Assembly: GCA_000004985.1 (NCBI GenBank)
Contig: GG738929.1
Source of the DNA: Naegleria gruberi
Taxonomy: Eukaryota
Strand: one strand, 5' to 3'
DNA: 64,000 nt
Below are positions 11,902 through 21,919 of the stretch, in pieces (the first letter of the stretch is position 1; every line of letters begins with the position of its first letter). The notes below the pieces were generated by a model, which saw nothing but the letters and a program-made list of their open reading frames with translations, made no database searches and had not been told where the DNA came from. The translations under genes and the position numbers were made by a program.

Positions 11902-11951
11902 NNNNNNNNNNNNNNNNNNNNNNNNNNNNNNNNNNNNNNNNNNNNNNNNNN
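11902..11951. other. assembly gap (50 N)
   Basis: Run of n characters. Lies immediately 3' of the retroelement, as expected for a repeat-induced scaffold gap. Confidence 0.97.
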
Positions 11952-12009
11952 ACAAAGCAGAAGTTTGCCGATTCGTTCATAAGATTTAATTGAAAGACTT
12001 CATGTTAAT

Positions 12010-13029
12010 TTATCGATCTTTATGCTTTTCAAGATAGGCATTGGAAATTGCTTTGAAACTAAATTTACCATCCAATCTCTTGAATACTAAACCTTCTCTT
12101 TTGACATTCTTGTTCAAAGATGGCCCATCAGCCATTGCCAAAATCTGCTCTGCTGTATGATTCAATTCCAAATCATCCAAAATTGGGACATGTTTGACAG
12201 TGAATCCGTTATCATTCAATTGCTTCACCAATGATTGTCGTTCAATTGGTGTCAAATACTGAGCCTTATCAATATCATAAATATCAAACAAGTAAAAATC
12301 TTGACCTTTCAATTTTTCCAAATTTCCTTGAATTGATTCTCCAATAATTTCACCTTGTAGGGCCAAATTTCTATTTAAAAATTGTAATCCTTCAATCATT
12401 TTGTTTCTCCTAGCAGCATGCCATTGTGCATTAGTTGCAGTTTCTCTCAATTCCCAATTTCTTCCACATACACCAATATGGTCATCTTTCCTATATACAG
12501 TCATTGATGAGCCATCCAATTTCACAGTCACTTCAAATTTTTGACCCTTATTTTCTTCAATTTGTGGAATTAAGTTTTGTACACGTTCCTGATCTGTCTT
12601 ACTAATAAAAGTTGGAAATTCACCCAAAATTTCACCAGAAAGATTAGTGGAAATTGGTGGTTCCCACTTTGTAATTCCTAGAATTTCTGTAACATCATCA
12701 CCCACTTGATTGGAAGCCAATTCTGGGAATCTATCCATTGGCAAGAACAACCCTTGGCTCAATTGACCTCTCAACCTAGCAGTACGAAGACGAGTACCTC
12801 TTTGACCTTCATAATCAATAACTTGTTTTGAAAGCATTGGATACCTATCATTATCTTCCTTTATAAAACTATCAATTTCAAAATAGACTCCCCTATCACC
12901 TTGTTTAAATTCTCCCTTCTTGATCACACAAGTCCAACCATCAACATGGCAACATTCAATAGCTTCTGCACCTGCAATAGGAGTAATTTCTCCTGCAGTA
13001 CGAATAGTAGCAAGTTTACGTACACCCAT
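12010..13029 (-). CDS. ATP-dependent RNA ligase, Rnl5 family (nick-sealing ligase), KxDG nucleotidyltransferase
   Basis: Track ORF 12010..13053 starts at TTG. The ATG at 13029 gives a 339-aa product MGVRKLATIRTAGEITPIAG... The covalent nucleotidyltransferase motif KLDGSS (VTVKLDGSSMTVY) puts its lysine at residue 170. Length and Lys170 match my recollection of Naegleria gruberi NgrRnl. Single exon. Confidence 0.8.
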   Translation of the reverse strand: MGVRKLATIRTAGEITPIAGAEAIECCHVDGWTCVIKKGEFKQGDRGVYFEIDSFIKEDNDRYPMLSKQVIDYEGQRGTRLRTARLRGQLSQGLFLPMDRFPELASNQVGDDVTEILGITKWEPPISTNLSGEILGEFPTFISKTDQERVQNLIPQIEENKGQKFEVTVKLDGSSMTVYRKDDHIGVCGRNWELRETATNAQWHAARRNKMIEGLQFLNRNLALQGEIIGESIQGNLEKLKGQDFYLFDIYDIDKAQYLTPIERQSLVKQLNDNGFTVKHVPILDDLELNHTAEQILAMADGPSLNKNVKREGLVFKRLDGKFSFKAISNAYLEKHKDR

Positions 13030-13288
13030 AGTGTTATTATTATTATTTAACAATTATTAAAATAAATAATATTATTGGATAATATTATCTCCGGTCTCTT
13101 AGAGTTTTTAAAAGCAAATTGAAAATAAATTCCTTCTTGCTGATGGATTTTTTTTTAAGTTTGAAAATAAAAATGTTCCAAGTTCTCCTGAAATCAGTTA
13201 AATTGAATTTGTGTTTCTCCTTGAAATTGCACTGTAGCTCTAAGAGAGCATATATTACAATGTTAATGTGAGTTCATCAATATATTCT

Positions 13289-14879
13289 TTATTCTTTCTT
13301 TGATTCATCGAAACGAATTTGTGAAATAGTGCACTCGTAGGTATCCTTATTGATTTGGGATTTTGTTGAGGTTTCATAGGAGAGAAACCAAAAGTTTCTT
13401 CCAAAAGTTGTTGTAAGGTTGACGATTCTTGTGAGTGTGGTATCTTCTTTTTGATAGCTAATTTCAAATTCATAAAATAATCTGGATCCAGAAATATTGG
13501 TTGTTGAAACAGTTAGTGATGGATTGAATCTTTCACGTTTCTTGACAGGACTAATAATCATGACATTCTTAAGTGTGGAAGTGAGATGATTTAAATGTTG
13601 ATTTGAAAGATCTTCTAATGATTTGAATTGATCATTGGTAATTTGTTCCACAATAATTTGATCAATAGCTGATTTTTTGATATGAACTGGAGAATAGAGA
13701 TAGCTCAATTCAGAATAGTCCTTTTCCTGATAGACCCAACCAAATGGGTGTCTCAACCACAGAGAATCAGCAATGTCACAGTATAGAGAGGTGAATAGAG
13801 TGGATTCTTTTGGAGGCATTGATTTGAAAACACATTCTTCCAATGATGACTCATAAGGACTAGCACAATTAGACAAGTAAGAATAGGTCAGTATGGAATT
13901 GTGTCCAATTAAAATTGCATACATCTTTCCAGTAACAGCCACCTTTAGCTCCTTTCCCTTATTCTTCAAAGTAATAAATCCTGTAAATCCATTCAACATT
14001 TCAAATGACTTGGAATTATTGTTAATTGTCTTCCATGAAGACCCCTTCTTGAACTTTGTCATGGTTGATTCCAAATGAGTTTCGCATGCTTCCCTCACAT
14101 CAGTTGCCTCCGTTCCAGAGTAGGTTATGAGCTCCACTCTAATTCTATCAACAAATGCTGGATTTTCCAAGAAAGTTTCCAAAGGAGTAACAATATCCAA
14201 CAAGTGATCTTCCAATTTAAACTCAGTCCAACGATCCTTATTACTTAATTGTCTTGGAGATGCATTCTTTGATAGTGTCTTATCTACTTCAATTCCAATC
14301 TCAGTTCTTGACATTGGATATTTAATAATTCCTAACAGCCATGAATTTCTAGTACATTTAAAGAATACTTCTCTATCTTTAAATGAGCTAGGAATGGAAG
14401 TTTTTTGAATGTTTGGTCTAGGATAACATTTCAATGTACAAGAAATGAGTAAAAATCCTTTTTCTATATTTTGTAAAGGCAATTCCATAATTTCTCCATT
14501 GAAATTTGAAATTTCACTCAATTTGAGAATATAATCACCTTCAAAGTCATCGGAAATCATATCTTTATCCATTACTCTAAAATTAATACCTTCATTTGAA
14601 TTTTCAATTAGTGGAATTTGTATTGTTTCATTCCAAATTGGATCAAGAGTTTTTGGTTTGACTTTTGACTTGTGGGAAAAACCAGGATATGTTGTTAAAA
14701 CATACTGTAAAAGTGTTATTACGAATAAGAAAATTTAAAGTAAAACCCACTGGATCAGAGAGATTATTTCTATCTTTCGGAACTAGATCTTTGGCACCCA
14801 TCAAGGTTATTGTGAGAACATCTTGAAGATTTAAAAAATCGCCAAATACTTTGGTAAGACTTGGTGATGATGGTTCCAT
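13289..14879 (-). CDS. C2-domain protein (2 exons: 14879..14751 and 14704..13289; intron 14750..14705, 46 nt, GTGGGT...ACAG)
   Basis: Track ORFs 14643..14879 and 13289..14572 are joined by a 46-nt intron. The joined protein is 514 aa. Spliced N-terminus: MEPSSPSLTKVFGDFLNLQDVLTITLMGAKDLVPKDRNNLSDP|YVLTTYPGFSHKSKVKPKTLDPIWNETIQIPLIENSNEGINFRVMDKDMISDDFEGDYILKL. This is a classic C2 fold signature (SDPYV...KT..P.WNE...DD..G). The rest has no recognised domain. Confidence 0.7.
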
Positions 14880-15203
14880 AGTAGTGGTGGTTTAGTAGTG
14901 AATCGGTTGGATGAATTTTTTTCTTGAAAGTTTCGAATACATAATACATTAGAATGGTGATGAAGAAGGGCGCTTTTAGAACATTAAAGAACAGAACAAG
15001 TAAGATCTTAACAACAATCAATTTCTGGCATATTCACCATTCAGTGTCAGAAAACGTGTTGTCAACAATTCAACATTCGATTGGTACTCACTGGTGGAAG
15101 TCTGTTATACAACCATTAATGTCTATCAACGACAAAAAACAACCTTATTATCTTTGATTTTAAAATCTTTCAAAATAGCATTCGTAAATATATTTATTTA
15201 CAA

Positions 15204-16550
15204 TTAAATTTTACGCTTTTTTGTTTTTTGTTTGGTTTGTTTTTCTACGGCAGTAGAAATCATTTCTTCACTTTCTTGTTTCCATTTTTCGGCAAGATCA
15301 TAGTACTTTTGTTTTTCTTCCTTCTTGGCTTTCTTCCATGATGAAGCAACCATTCTACTAACTTCGTTTGGAGCCAAATCTGGATTTTCTTCCTTGAAAA
15401 TTGAATATTTTTCTTTACAATAGATATTGTAGGCATTAAGAGGTTTCTTTACAATTGGCTGAGCCTGTCTTGCCATTTCAATATAAGGTTGTTTCTCATC
15501 TTCTGGCATTGCTTTCCATTTTTGCCCGATTAACTTGGTAATTTGTTTCTTATCAATATTTGGATACATTTCTTGGAATGAAGGGAATACGCTTTTAACA
15601 AAGCTATTATACCCACTCAGAGGTTTCTTCACTCTGTTAGCAGTTACATTCTTGTCCAACTCTTTGAGTGATTCTTCATTGATTTGCTCATCTTCGGATT
15701 CTTCTTTATCCTTAGGAGGAACGAGTGGTTGCTCAACCTTATTGTTAATATTTGTTTCATCAACTCCAATGATGGATTCACTTTCAGAAAGCAAATTCCT
15801 TGAATCGCTAGGTGTTCCACCACTATAGCTTGAAGAAGCAACAACTTGTTGGAGCATTTCCCTTTGAGAAGCAAGAGCCAATTCAATATAATGTTGTTTC
15901 TCAGAATCATGCAATAATTGCCATTGAGCCCACACAAAAATTCTCATTTGGCTTTTTTCTTCCTCTTGTTGGAAGAAATCATTTGCACTTGGGAAGTTTT
16001 GGAATTGTTCGGCAAAATACCATTCAAATCCCATTTGAGATTGCTCCTCCGAGAATTTAGTATTAATTGGTTCATGTTGAGGCTCTAGCAATCCATGAGC
16101 ATCATGGCCTCCCAATAAGTCGTGAATATTGATTGAGTTCATGAGGTTATGATCTTGAGGAAGAGTATTATTAACTGTATCATTAGTTTGTGTTTGATCA
16201 TCCTCTTCCTCTTCCTCTTCATAGAATTGGTGTTCATCTTCTCCATTGAGAATCACTTCTCCCTCGTCTCCCTCTGGTTTTGGCATGCTTAAGCCATATT
16301 GAGCTAGTCTGGCACGATCATTAATTGAAATTAAAAAGTTGCCATCTCTATCTTTCTTAAAGAGACCAGATTTGATATATTTACGTTTCTTCTTAAGACC
16401 CTTCTTATTTTTCTTAGGATCGTAAGCTTTGTGAGGTTGTGGAGAGTTCTTCTCCTCCTCTTTGTCTGCATCTAGTTGATGGTTAGAATAGAGAAGCATA
16501 GTATCAACAGGTGGCAAATGTTGTTCATCACTTGATAATAAACTCTCCAA
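15204..16550 (-). CDS. HMG-box protein with two HMG boxes. 5' end uncertain: the track start is TTG, the first ATG is at 16499, and it may continue upstream into the Q/N-rich ORF
   Basis: HMG boxes: VKKPLSGYNSFVKSVFPSFQEMYPNIDKKQITKLIGQKWKAMPEDEKQPYIEMARQAQ and VKKPLNAYNIYCKEKYSIFKEENPDLAPNEVSRMVASSWKKAKKEEKQKYYDLAEKWKQ. Acidic and basic low-complexity segments. TAA stop. Confidence 0.75.
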   Translation of the reverse strand: MESLLSSDEQHLPPVDTMLLYSNHQLDADKEEEKNSPQPHKAYDPKKNKKGLKKKRKYIKSGLFKKDRDGNFLISINDRARLAQYGLSMPKPEGDEGEVILNGEDEHQFYEEEEEEDDQTQTNDTVNNTLPQDHNLMNSINIHDLLGGHDAHGLLEPQHEPINTKFSEEQSQMGFEWYFAEQFQNFPSANDFFQQEEEKSQMRIFVWAQWQLLHDSEKQHYIELALASQREMLQQVVASSSYSGGTPSDSRNLLSESESIIGVDETNINNKVEQPLVPPKDKEESEDEQINEESLKELDKNVTANRVKKPLSGYNSFVKSVFPSFQEMYPNIDKKQITKLIGQKWKAMPEDEKQPYIEMARQAQPIVKKPLNAYNIYCKEKYSIFKEENPDLAPNEVSRMVASSWKKAKKEEKQKYYDLAEKWKQESEEMISTAVEKQTKQKTKKRKI

Positions 16551-17395
16551 GAAGGATTGTTGATTGTCGTTACCAGAGGTTGTTGAAACATTGCTTGGTT
16601 GTTGTTGCTGTGTTGAGGTAGATCTGAAGGAGACAAAAAGACAGCACTATTATCTTGTTGAAAATTAGAATCTGTGACAAGTCCCATTTGATCGTTATTT
16701 GTCTTGTAGAGGTTTTGTTGAAGATTATGGAGAATTGGCCTAATATAAAGCTCATAGAGAGGTTCAGGAATTGCAACCGAAGTCATTCCCGTTGGCTGAA
16801 TATTTGGATTGAATAATCCTGCAGGATTGGCATTACTAGCACTTGGAGAATTACTATTGATAAGAAGTGGAGGTTGTGAATGATGTTGTGGCGTACCAAT
16901 GGAAGAAGGAGAATTTGATACCATTTGTTGGGCATTTACTTGTTGAGAGTAGAGGGAGTGGAGGTTTTGTTGTTCCATCATCATTCTCTGATATTGATAA
17001 TAATTGTGAAGGAAGGCTGAAAATAATTGTTCTTGGAGTAACAATTGTTCGTAAAGTGAGTTATTACCCATAAGAGCATTTTGATTAGGAGGAAGAGAGG
17101 TATTGCTACTTGTGGCAGTAGCATTGGTTTGTGGGGATGTAGTTGACGGTTGTAGTGTGTTAGAGGCTATTTGGGAAAAGAATGGATGTTGATTCATCAT
17201 TGGAATGGTGGGAGTAATGTTGGAAGAGATTGTTGGAGAAGACTTATTGCCACCACCATTATTATTATTGGAGGAGGCTGTAGGAAGGGTGTTATTGAAT
17301 GAATTATTAATCATAATGTTGTAGGGATGGTTTGGAGGTAGTTGTTGAGTGGTGGTTGGTTGGAATGTATTATTATTCTTGTTATTCACAGACAT
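16472..17395 (-). CDS. Q/N/S/T-rich low-complexity ORF, either a separate gene or 5' exon(s) of the HMG-box gene
   Basis: ATG at 17395: MSVNNKNNNTFQPTTTQQLPPNHPYNIMINNSF...SSNNNNGGGNKSS... Its 3' tail (WRVYYQVMNNICHLLILCFSILTIN) reads through the start of the HMG ORF in another frame. This suggests an unresolved intron or frameshift at about 16560..16640. Confidence 0.35.
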   Translation of the reverse strand: MSVNNKNNNTFQPTTTQQLPPNHPYNIMINNSFNNTLPTASSNNNNGGGNKSSPTISSNITPTIPMMNQHPFFSQIASNTLQPSTTSPQTNATATSSNTSLPPNQNALMGNNSLYEQLLLQEQLFSAFLHNYYQYQRMMMEQQNLHSLYSQQVNAQQMVSNSPSSIGTPQHHSQPPLLINSNSPSASNANPAGLFNPNIQPTGMTSVAIPEPLYELYIRPILHNLQQNLYKTNNDQMGLVTDSNFQQDNSAVFLSPSDLPQHSNNNQAMFQQPLVTTINNPSWRVYYQVMNNICHLLILCFSILTIN

Positions 17396-18351
17396 GTCCG
17401 AGATTGTTCTGATACAATGGAGTGAACCTAGTTAGTCAATAAATAAATATGTTATTTGTGATGGTGTTGTTGTTTGATTTGGATTCGTTTAATCAAAAGA
17501 GAAAATACTTGTGTTCGAAATTTTTCTCTCTCTGATAGGCTATTAATAGTAAGAGAATTTGTATTGATTAGAACCAATTTCAATGAAAATAGGAAATAAT
17601 AGCAGCACAGTTGTTATGTTTTGATAATCAAGCACAACAGCTTGTTTCTATCAGAGGGTGTGGGTGGTACAGTGTAGACTCCTTTTTTTAATAACCACCA
17701 TCTTTTAACGCGAAAATGTCTCCGGTCAAAAAGTGGTGAAATCATTAAGAATCAATACTTGTTGAGAATTAAAGCCTAAAAGATCTCATTTGCAAGCACA
17801 GCTATGTAGAGAAGTTAATGGGAAAATTTGGTTATGTGCACCTTCAAGAAGAAAATGTTCTGTTTTACAAGAAGCCTTGTTGGTACCAAATTTCCTTTGT
17901 TACCACCTTGCCAGCTGACAAAGTGAACGAAAAGCTGCAAAGCACAAAATTTGAGATTATCTTTGACTACGGTGAAAAATTTGTTTGGTAATACTTCTCG
18001 GAAGAGAATTTAATTTCATATTATAAATTTTAAATAAATTAGAATTGATGGAAATTAGTGTGGACCATTGGAAATTGAAATAACACTGTAAGTGGGTACT
18101 CAATTCTTTAATTAATATCATAAAGAAGTGCATTTACCAAATCTCTGTTTTCACTTCTCTTTCCCTCCCATCTGACTACAGTTATCCATTTAAATTTTAT
18201 TTAGAGAGCAAGAAGATAATAATATTTATATTTCATTACATACTCCGGAATGAAAGCACTAATAACTCCATACAATGATTCTCAATTCCATTGACATCAT
18301 TATCAAGGAGTGTAATTGCATTCCAAATCACCGGTCTTGTGATGGTAAACA

Positions 18352-20349
18352 ATGGAATGCATTAAAAAAATTGACCACTTCACATCTCACTCTTCATGCA
18401 GAATGCTTTCTGAGAACCAACTCGTAGAAGAATCAACCTTCATGACAATGGAAGTTCCGGCCATTCGTGAGCACTATTATTTTGTTCAGGAACATTGTCA
18501 ACAAACAATGGCCAAATTAAAGGAGAACGGAGTTGTTACTGGAGCAGATTGGATTGAATATCTTGCTAGAACATATTCCGATAAGTTGGCAATTCAAACA
18601 GTTCATAAACCAATAGATACTCAACCTGTAATTACCTATGAAAAGATGAATCAAATGGCAAATCAACTTGCTTATTATTTGATTAATGGTGAAATTGACA
18701 ATTTAAAATACTACAATGTGAAAAATAGTGGACTATCTAATCACATCATGACACAGGGTGATGTTGTTTGTTTGCTGATGGAAAATAATGAAAATTTTAT
18801 TCCTACTTGGGGTGGGTTAAATAAGTTGGGATTAACCATTGCTTGTATCAATACGTATTTGACACCAGATAGAATGAAACATGCTATTGAATTATCTGGA
18901 GCTAAATCCATTTTCCTCTCCAGAAAAATGTTACCACTCTTTGAGAAAGCAAGAAATGAAGAACAAGAATTTGAAATTTCAATTAGAAAAGCATCAATCA
19001 GAGATTTTAAAGTGTTTATTGTGGAAGATATTATTAAATATGAGAATTGTAACACTTTGGAAAATCCAAATTCAACAATTTATAGAGGTGATATCACGGG
19101 AGAGGATGCACTTCTCTATATTTACACTTCAGGAACAACAGGAAAGAGTAAATGTGCCAGATTTTCCAATAGAAGATTTATTGGAGCTGGTGTGACGTGG
19201 TCAGTGCAAATGGATTTGGTCAAAGATGACAAGTATTATATTGCACTTCCATTATATCATGGAAATGGTGGTGTGGTTGCTGTATCAGCAATCATGTTGG
19301 TCGGAGGAACAGCAGTTTTGAGAGAAAAGTTCTCTGCCAGTAATTTCTTGAACGATATTCGTACTTTTGGTTGTACAGCTACTATTTATATTGGTGAATT
19401 GTGGAGATACCTTTACAACACACCAGAAAAAGAAGACGATGCTCAAAATCCTCTCAGAGTTGCAGCTGGAAATGGGTTGAGAAAAGATATCTGGAATAGG
19501 GTAATGAAAAGATTTGGAATTAAGAAAATAGTGGAACACTACGGGCAAACAGAAATGTTGAGTGCCCACCCAATGATAAATTCATACAATAAGGTGGGAT
19601 CTTGCGGTTTCATTCCATTTGATTTGTGGACTAATCAAAAGAAGGAAGTTTTGTTAACATACGATTTTGAAACTGATTCTGTTAAAAGAGACCCAGTTAC
19701 TGGATTTTGCGAAATTGCAGGTCCAGGAGTTGCAGGAGAGGATGTCACAAGGATTTCGGAATTGTACAAAGCTTATAATAATCATGAGGACAATTTGAAA
19801 AAGGTTTATAGAGATGTTTTCGAGAAGGGAGACATGTGGTACAGAAGTGGAGATTTACTCAAATTCGATAATGATGGATTCTTCTATTTTGTTGATAGAT
19901 TGGGAGAATCATATAGATGGAAAGGTGAAAATGTGTCAACAGGAGAGGTCAGTGAGGCCATAACAAAAGCTCTCGACAAGCACAATATTGGCCTAAAGGA
20001 GGCTAATGTGTATGGTATTGAAATACCTCATTGCGAAGGAAGAGCAGGAATGGCTCGTTTGCTTATTGAGAATAGTTCTGAAGAATTGGACACTAAATTT
20101 TTATTAACCGAATTGAAGAAACATCTTCCACATTATGCCATTCCAATATTCCTTAGAATTAGTAAGGTAGAATCAGAGAAGACCAGCACTTTCAAATTCA
20201 TCAAGAATCAATACCAAGCTGAAGCATATCACCCAGACAAGGTTGGTCAAGACCAAATTCTCATGTTGGATGTATCAACAAAGGACTCTTACATTCCAAT
20301 TACAGAAGAAATTGTCAAACAATTATCTTCTGGAAATGTGAGATTGTAA
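18352..20349 (+). CDS. very-long-chain acyl-CoA synthetase / fatty acid transport protein (SLC27/FATP family)
   Basis: 665 aa from ATG 18352, TAA stop. AMP-binding P-loop YIYTSGTTGKSK. FATP/VLACS signature GDLLKFDNDGFFYFVDRLGESYRWKGENVSTGEV. Overall length and layout typical of FATP. Single exon. Confidence 0.85.
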   Translation: MECIKKIDHFTSHSSCRMLSENQLVEESTFMTMEVPAIREHYYFVQEHCQQTMAKLKENGVVTGADWIEYLARTYSDKLAIQTVHKPIDTQPVITYEKMNQMANQLAYYLINGEIDNLKYYNVKNSGLSNHIMTQGDVVCLLMENNENFIPTWGGLNKLGLTIACINTYLTPDRMKHAIELSGAKSIFLSRKMLPLFEKARNEEQEFEISIRKASIRDFKVFIVEDIIKYENCNTLENPNSTIYRGDITGEDALLYIYTSGTTGKSKCARFSNRRFIGAGVTWSVQMDLVKDDKYYIALPLYHGNGGVVAVSAIMLVGGTAVLREKFSASNFLNDIRTFGCTATIYIGELWRYLYNTPEKEDDAQNPLRVAAGNGLRKDIWNRVMKRFGIKKIVEHYGQTEMLSAHPMINSYNKVGSCGFIPFDLWTNQKKEVLLTYDFETDSVKRDPVTGFCEIAGPGVAGEDVTRISELYKAYNNHEDNLKKVYRDVFEKGDMWYRSGDLLKFDNDGFFYFVDRLGESYRWKGENVSTGEVSEAITKALDKHNIGLKEANVYGIEIPHCEGRAGMARLLIENSSEELDTKFLLTELKKHLPHYAIPIFLRISKVESEKTSTFKFIKNQYQAEAYHPDKVGQDQILMLDVSTKDSYIPITEEIVKQLSSGNVRL

Positions 20350-20412
20350 TAAATCTCGATTTATCTAATATTTCATTAAGGTAGTGTGCCTTAATTTAAA
20401 ACACAAAAAAAG

Positions 20413-21570
20413 ATGCCCTTTAATAACACCTACACTCCTCAAACTGATAATAACAACCATATGGTGGCACCACTTCCTTCCGATTCAGAGTTGATATATA
20501 TCAGCAATGAAGCAACAACAAATAATACTGATATTTACATTAGCTATAATCCAAGTAGCTATCAAGAGCAACCTCCTCCTTCCTTTAGTACAGCCTTAAA
20601 TGATCCCTCCGAATCACAACCATCAGCAGCTATTTTCTATCAAACACAAGTAAACAGCAGCTACGGCAATATGGAAGATAGTAGTAGTGCAATAGTTTAT
20701 AATCAAGCTTACCCATCTCTTCCTGTATTAATATCAGAAAATGAAGAAATATCAAATTCAACAAAGGTTCAACCTATTATTATTAATCTTAAACAAGATC
20801 CAAGCATAATTCCATCACATAGTAATGTTACTGTTTGTGATAATACAACCCCTTACCAAGTAGTTGTTGATCATTCTGCAATTAATATGAACATTAATTC
20901 CTATGTACCAGCCTCAAATCCAACAAGCAGTAATAACAATTCTCATTTTGGTGGACCTTTGATGAAGTTGGTCGATTTTCTAATGTTTGTAAGAACTTTA
21001 AGGTCCTCTGACTTTAATAGACATAAGAGAAATGGACAGCAACTTATCAACATAACTTTACTATCGACATTCATTGGTGTTGGCACCCTTATTGCATGTG
21101 CAGTTTTATTTGGAATAGCTAATGGAGATATTGTTATGATTAATGATGACACAGCTGTATCTTATATTCATAAAGGATGCTGTGACATTACCAAACATAC
21201 GTGTGATGGGACTGGCTATTGTAATTTAATTATAGCATTTCCTCCTCTCAATGCAGAATTTGCTAAGGATAATTCACATGGATATAATATTAATTGTAAG
21301 AGTTTTGATTCTTTGAAGAAAAAAACCTTGACATTCTCTCAACAATTAACATATCCAACAGCTGACATGACTTGGCACGATATTGATTGTTACACGAATA
21401 AGGAAGAAACAATAGCTAGGATTGAGACACCTTTTAGTGAACTCTATGCCTCCTATAGAGTTGGAGGGACAATTTGTGCTTGTATTGGAGGGACATCGAC
21501 TGCATTAGCAATGTCCATGATTTTCTTAATGTGTAAAACAATAATTAATAAGTATAAAAGTTCTTACTAG
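20413..21570 (+). CDS. hypothetical membrane protein (Ser/Thr/Asn-rich N-terminus, two predicted TM helices flanking a Cys-containing loop)
   Basis: ATG 20413, TAG stop, 385 aa. TM candidates INITLLSTFIGVGTLIACAVLFGIANG and ICACIGGTSTALAMSMIFLMC. Loop with KGCCDITKHTCDGTGYCN. No recognised domain. Confidence 0.5.
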   Translation: MPFNNTYTPQTDNNNHMVAPLPSDSELIYISNEATTNNTDIYISYNPSSYQEQPPPSFSTALNDPSESQPSAAIFYQTQVNSSYGNMEDSSSAIVYNQAYPSLPVLISENEEISNSTKVQPIIINLKQDPSIIPSHSNVTVCDNTTPYQVVVDHSAINMNINSYVPASNPTSSNNNSHFGGPLMKLVDFLMFVRTLRSSDFNRHKRNGQQLINITLLSTFIGVGTLIACAVLFGIANGDIVMINDDTAVSYIHKGCCDITKHTCDGTGYCNLIIAFPPLNAEFAKDNSHGYNINCKSFDSLKKKTLTFSQQLTYPTADMTWHDIDCYTNKEETIARIETPFSELYASYRVGGTICACIGGTSTALAMSMIFLMCKTIINKYKSSY

Positions 21571-21624
21571 TGAAGATTCGTTGGTGGTTAACTGATATTA
21601 AAATATTTTCATAATGAATAAGAT

Positions 21625-21696
21625 TCCCGTGTAGTCCAATGGCTAGGATACCTGGCTTTCACCCAGGAGGTCCGGGTTCAATTCCCGGCATGGGAG
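21625..21696 (+). tRNA. tRNA-Glu (anticodon TTC)
   Basis: TCCCGTG-TA-GTCC-AATGGCTA-GGAT-A-CCTGG-CTTTCAC-CCAGG-AGGTC-CGGGT-TCAATTC-CCGGC-ATGGGA-G. 7-bp acceptor stem (one G.U), anticodon loop CTTTCAC gives UUC, T-loop TTCAATT. T-run follows 10 nt downstream. Confidence 0.9.
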
Positions 21697-21795
21697 AATC
21701 ATTTTGCTTTTATCAATTTTCTAATTTATACAAAGAGAAAAGGATTCAGTATTTTCTGTTTGCAACCTAGTTGTTAAATATTTTAGTATCATAAT

Positions 21796-21914
21796 CGGCT
21801 ACGGCCATATCACGATGAATGCACCTCATCCCGTCCGATTTGAGAAGTTAAGCATCGTCGAGCCACATCAGTACTGAGGTTGGAGACAACTTGGGAACCT
21901 GTGGTGCTGTAGTC
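21796..21914 (+). rRNA. 5S ribosomal RNA gene
   Basis: cGGCTACGGCCATATCACGATGAATGCACCTCATCCCGTCCGATTTGAGAAGTTAAGCATCGTCGAGCCACATCAGTACTGAGGTTGGAGACAACTTGGGAACCTGTGGTGCTGTAGTC. Same length, helix order and conserved blocks as eukaryotic 5S (GCCATA.CAC, CCGATCTC/TTGAG, AAGTTAAGC, AGTACT, GGGAA.ACC.GGTGCTGTAG). Followed by the TTTTT Pol III terminator at 21915..21919. Confidence 0.9.
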
Positions 21915-21919
21915 TTTTT
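21915..21919 (+). terminator. Pol III T-run terminator of the 5S gene
   Basis: gtcTTTTTa immediately 3' of the 5S sequence. The same 25-bp flank (TCTTTTTATTTTCCTTATTATCTGT) is shared by the inverted second copy. Confidence 0.5.

Noticed and set aside
17819-17992. 57-aa ATG ORF MGKFGYVHLQEENVLFYKKPCWYQISFVTT... in the divergent promoter region between the HMG and FATP genes
   Set aside because: Below any reasonable length threshold and without a motif. Could be a uORF or micro-exon, but there is no support from sequence alone.
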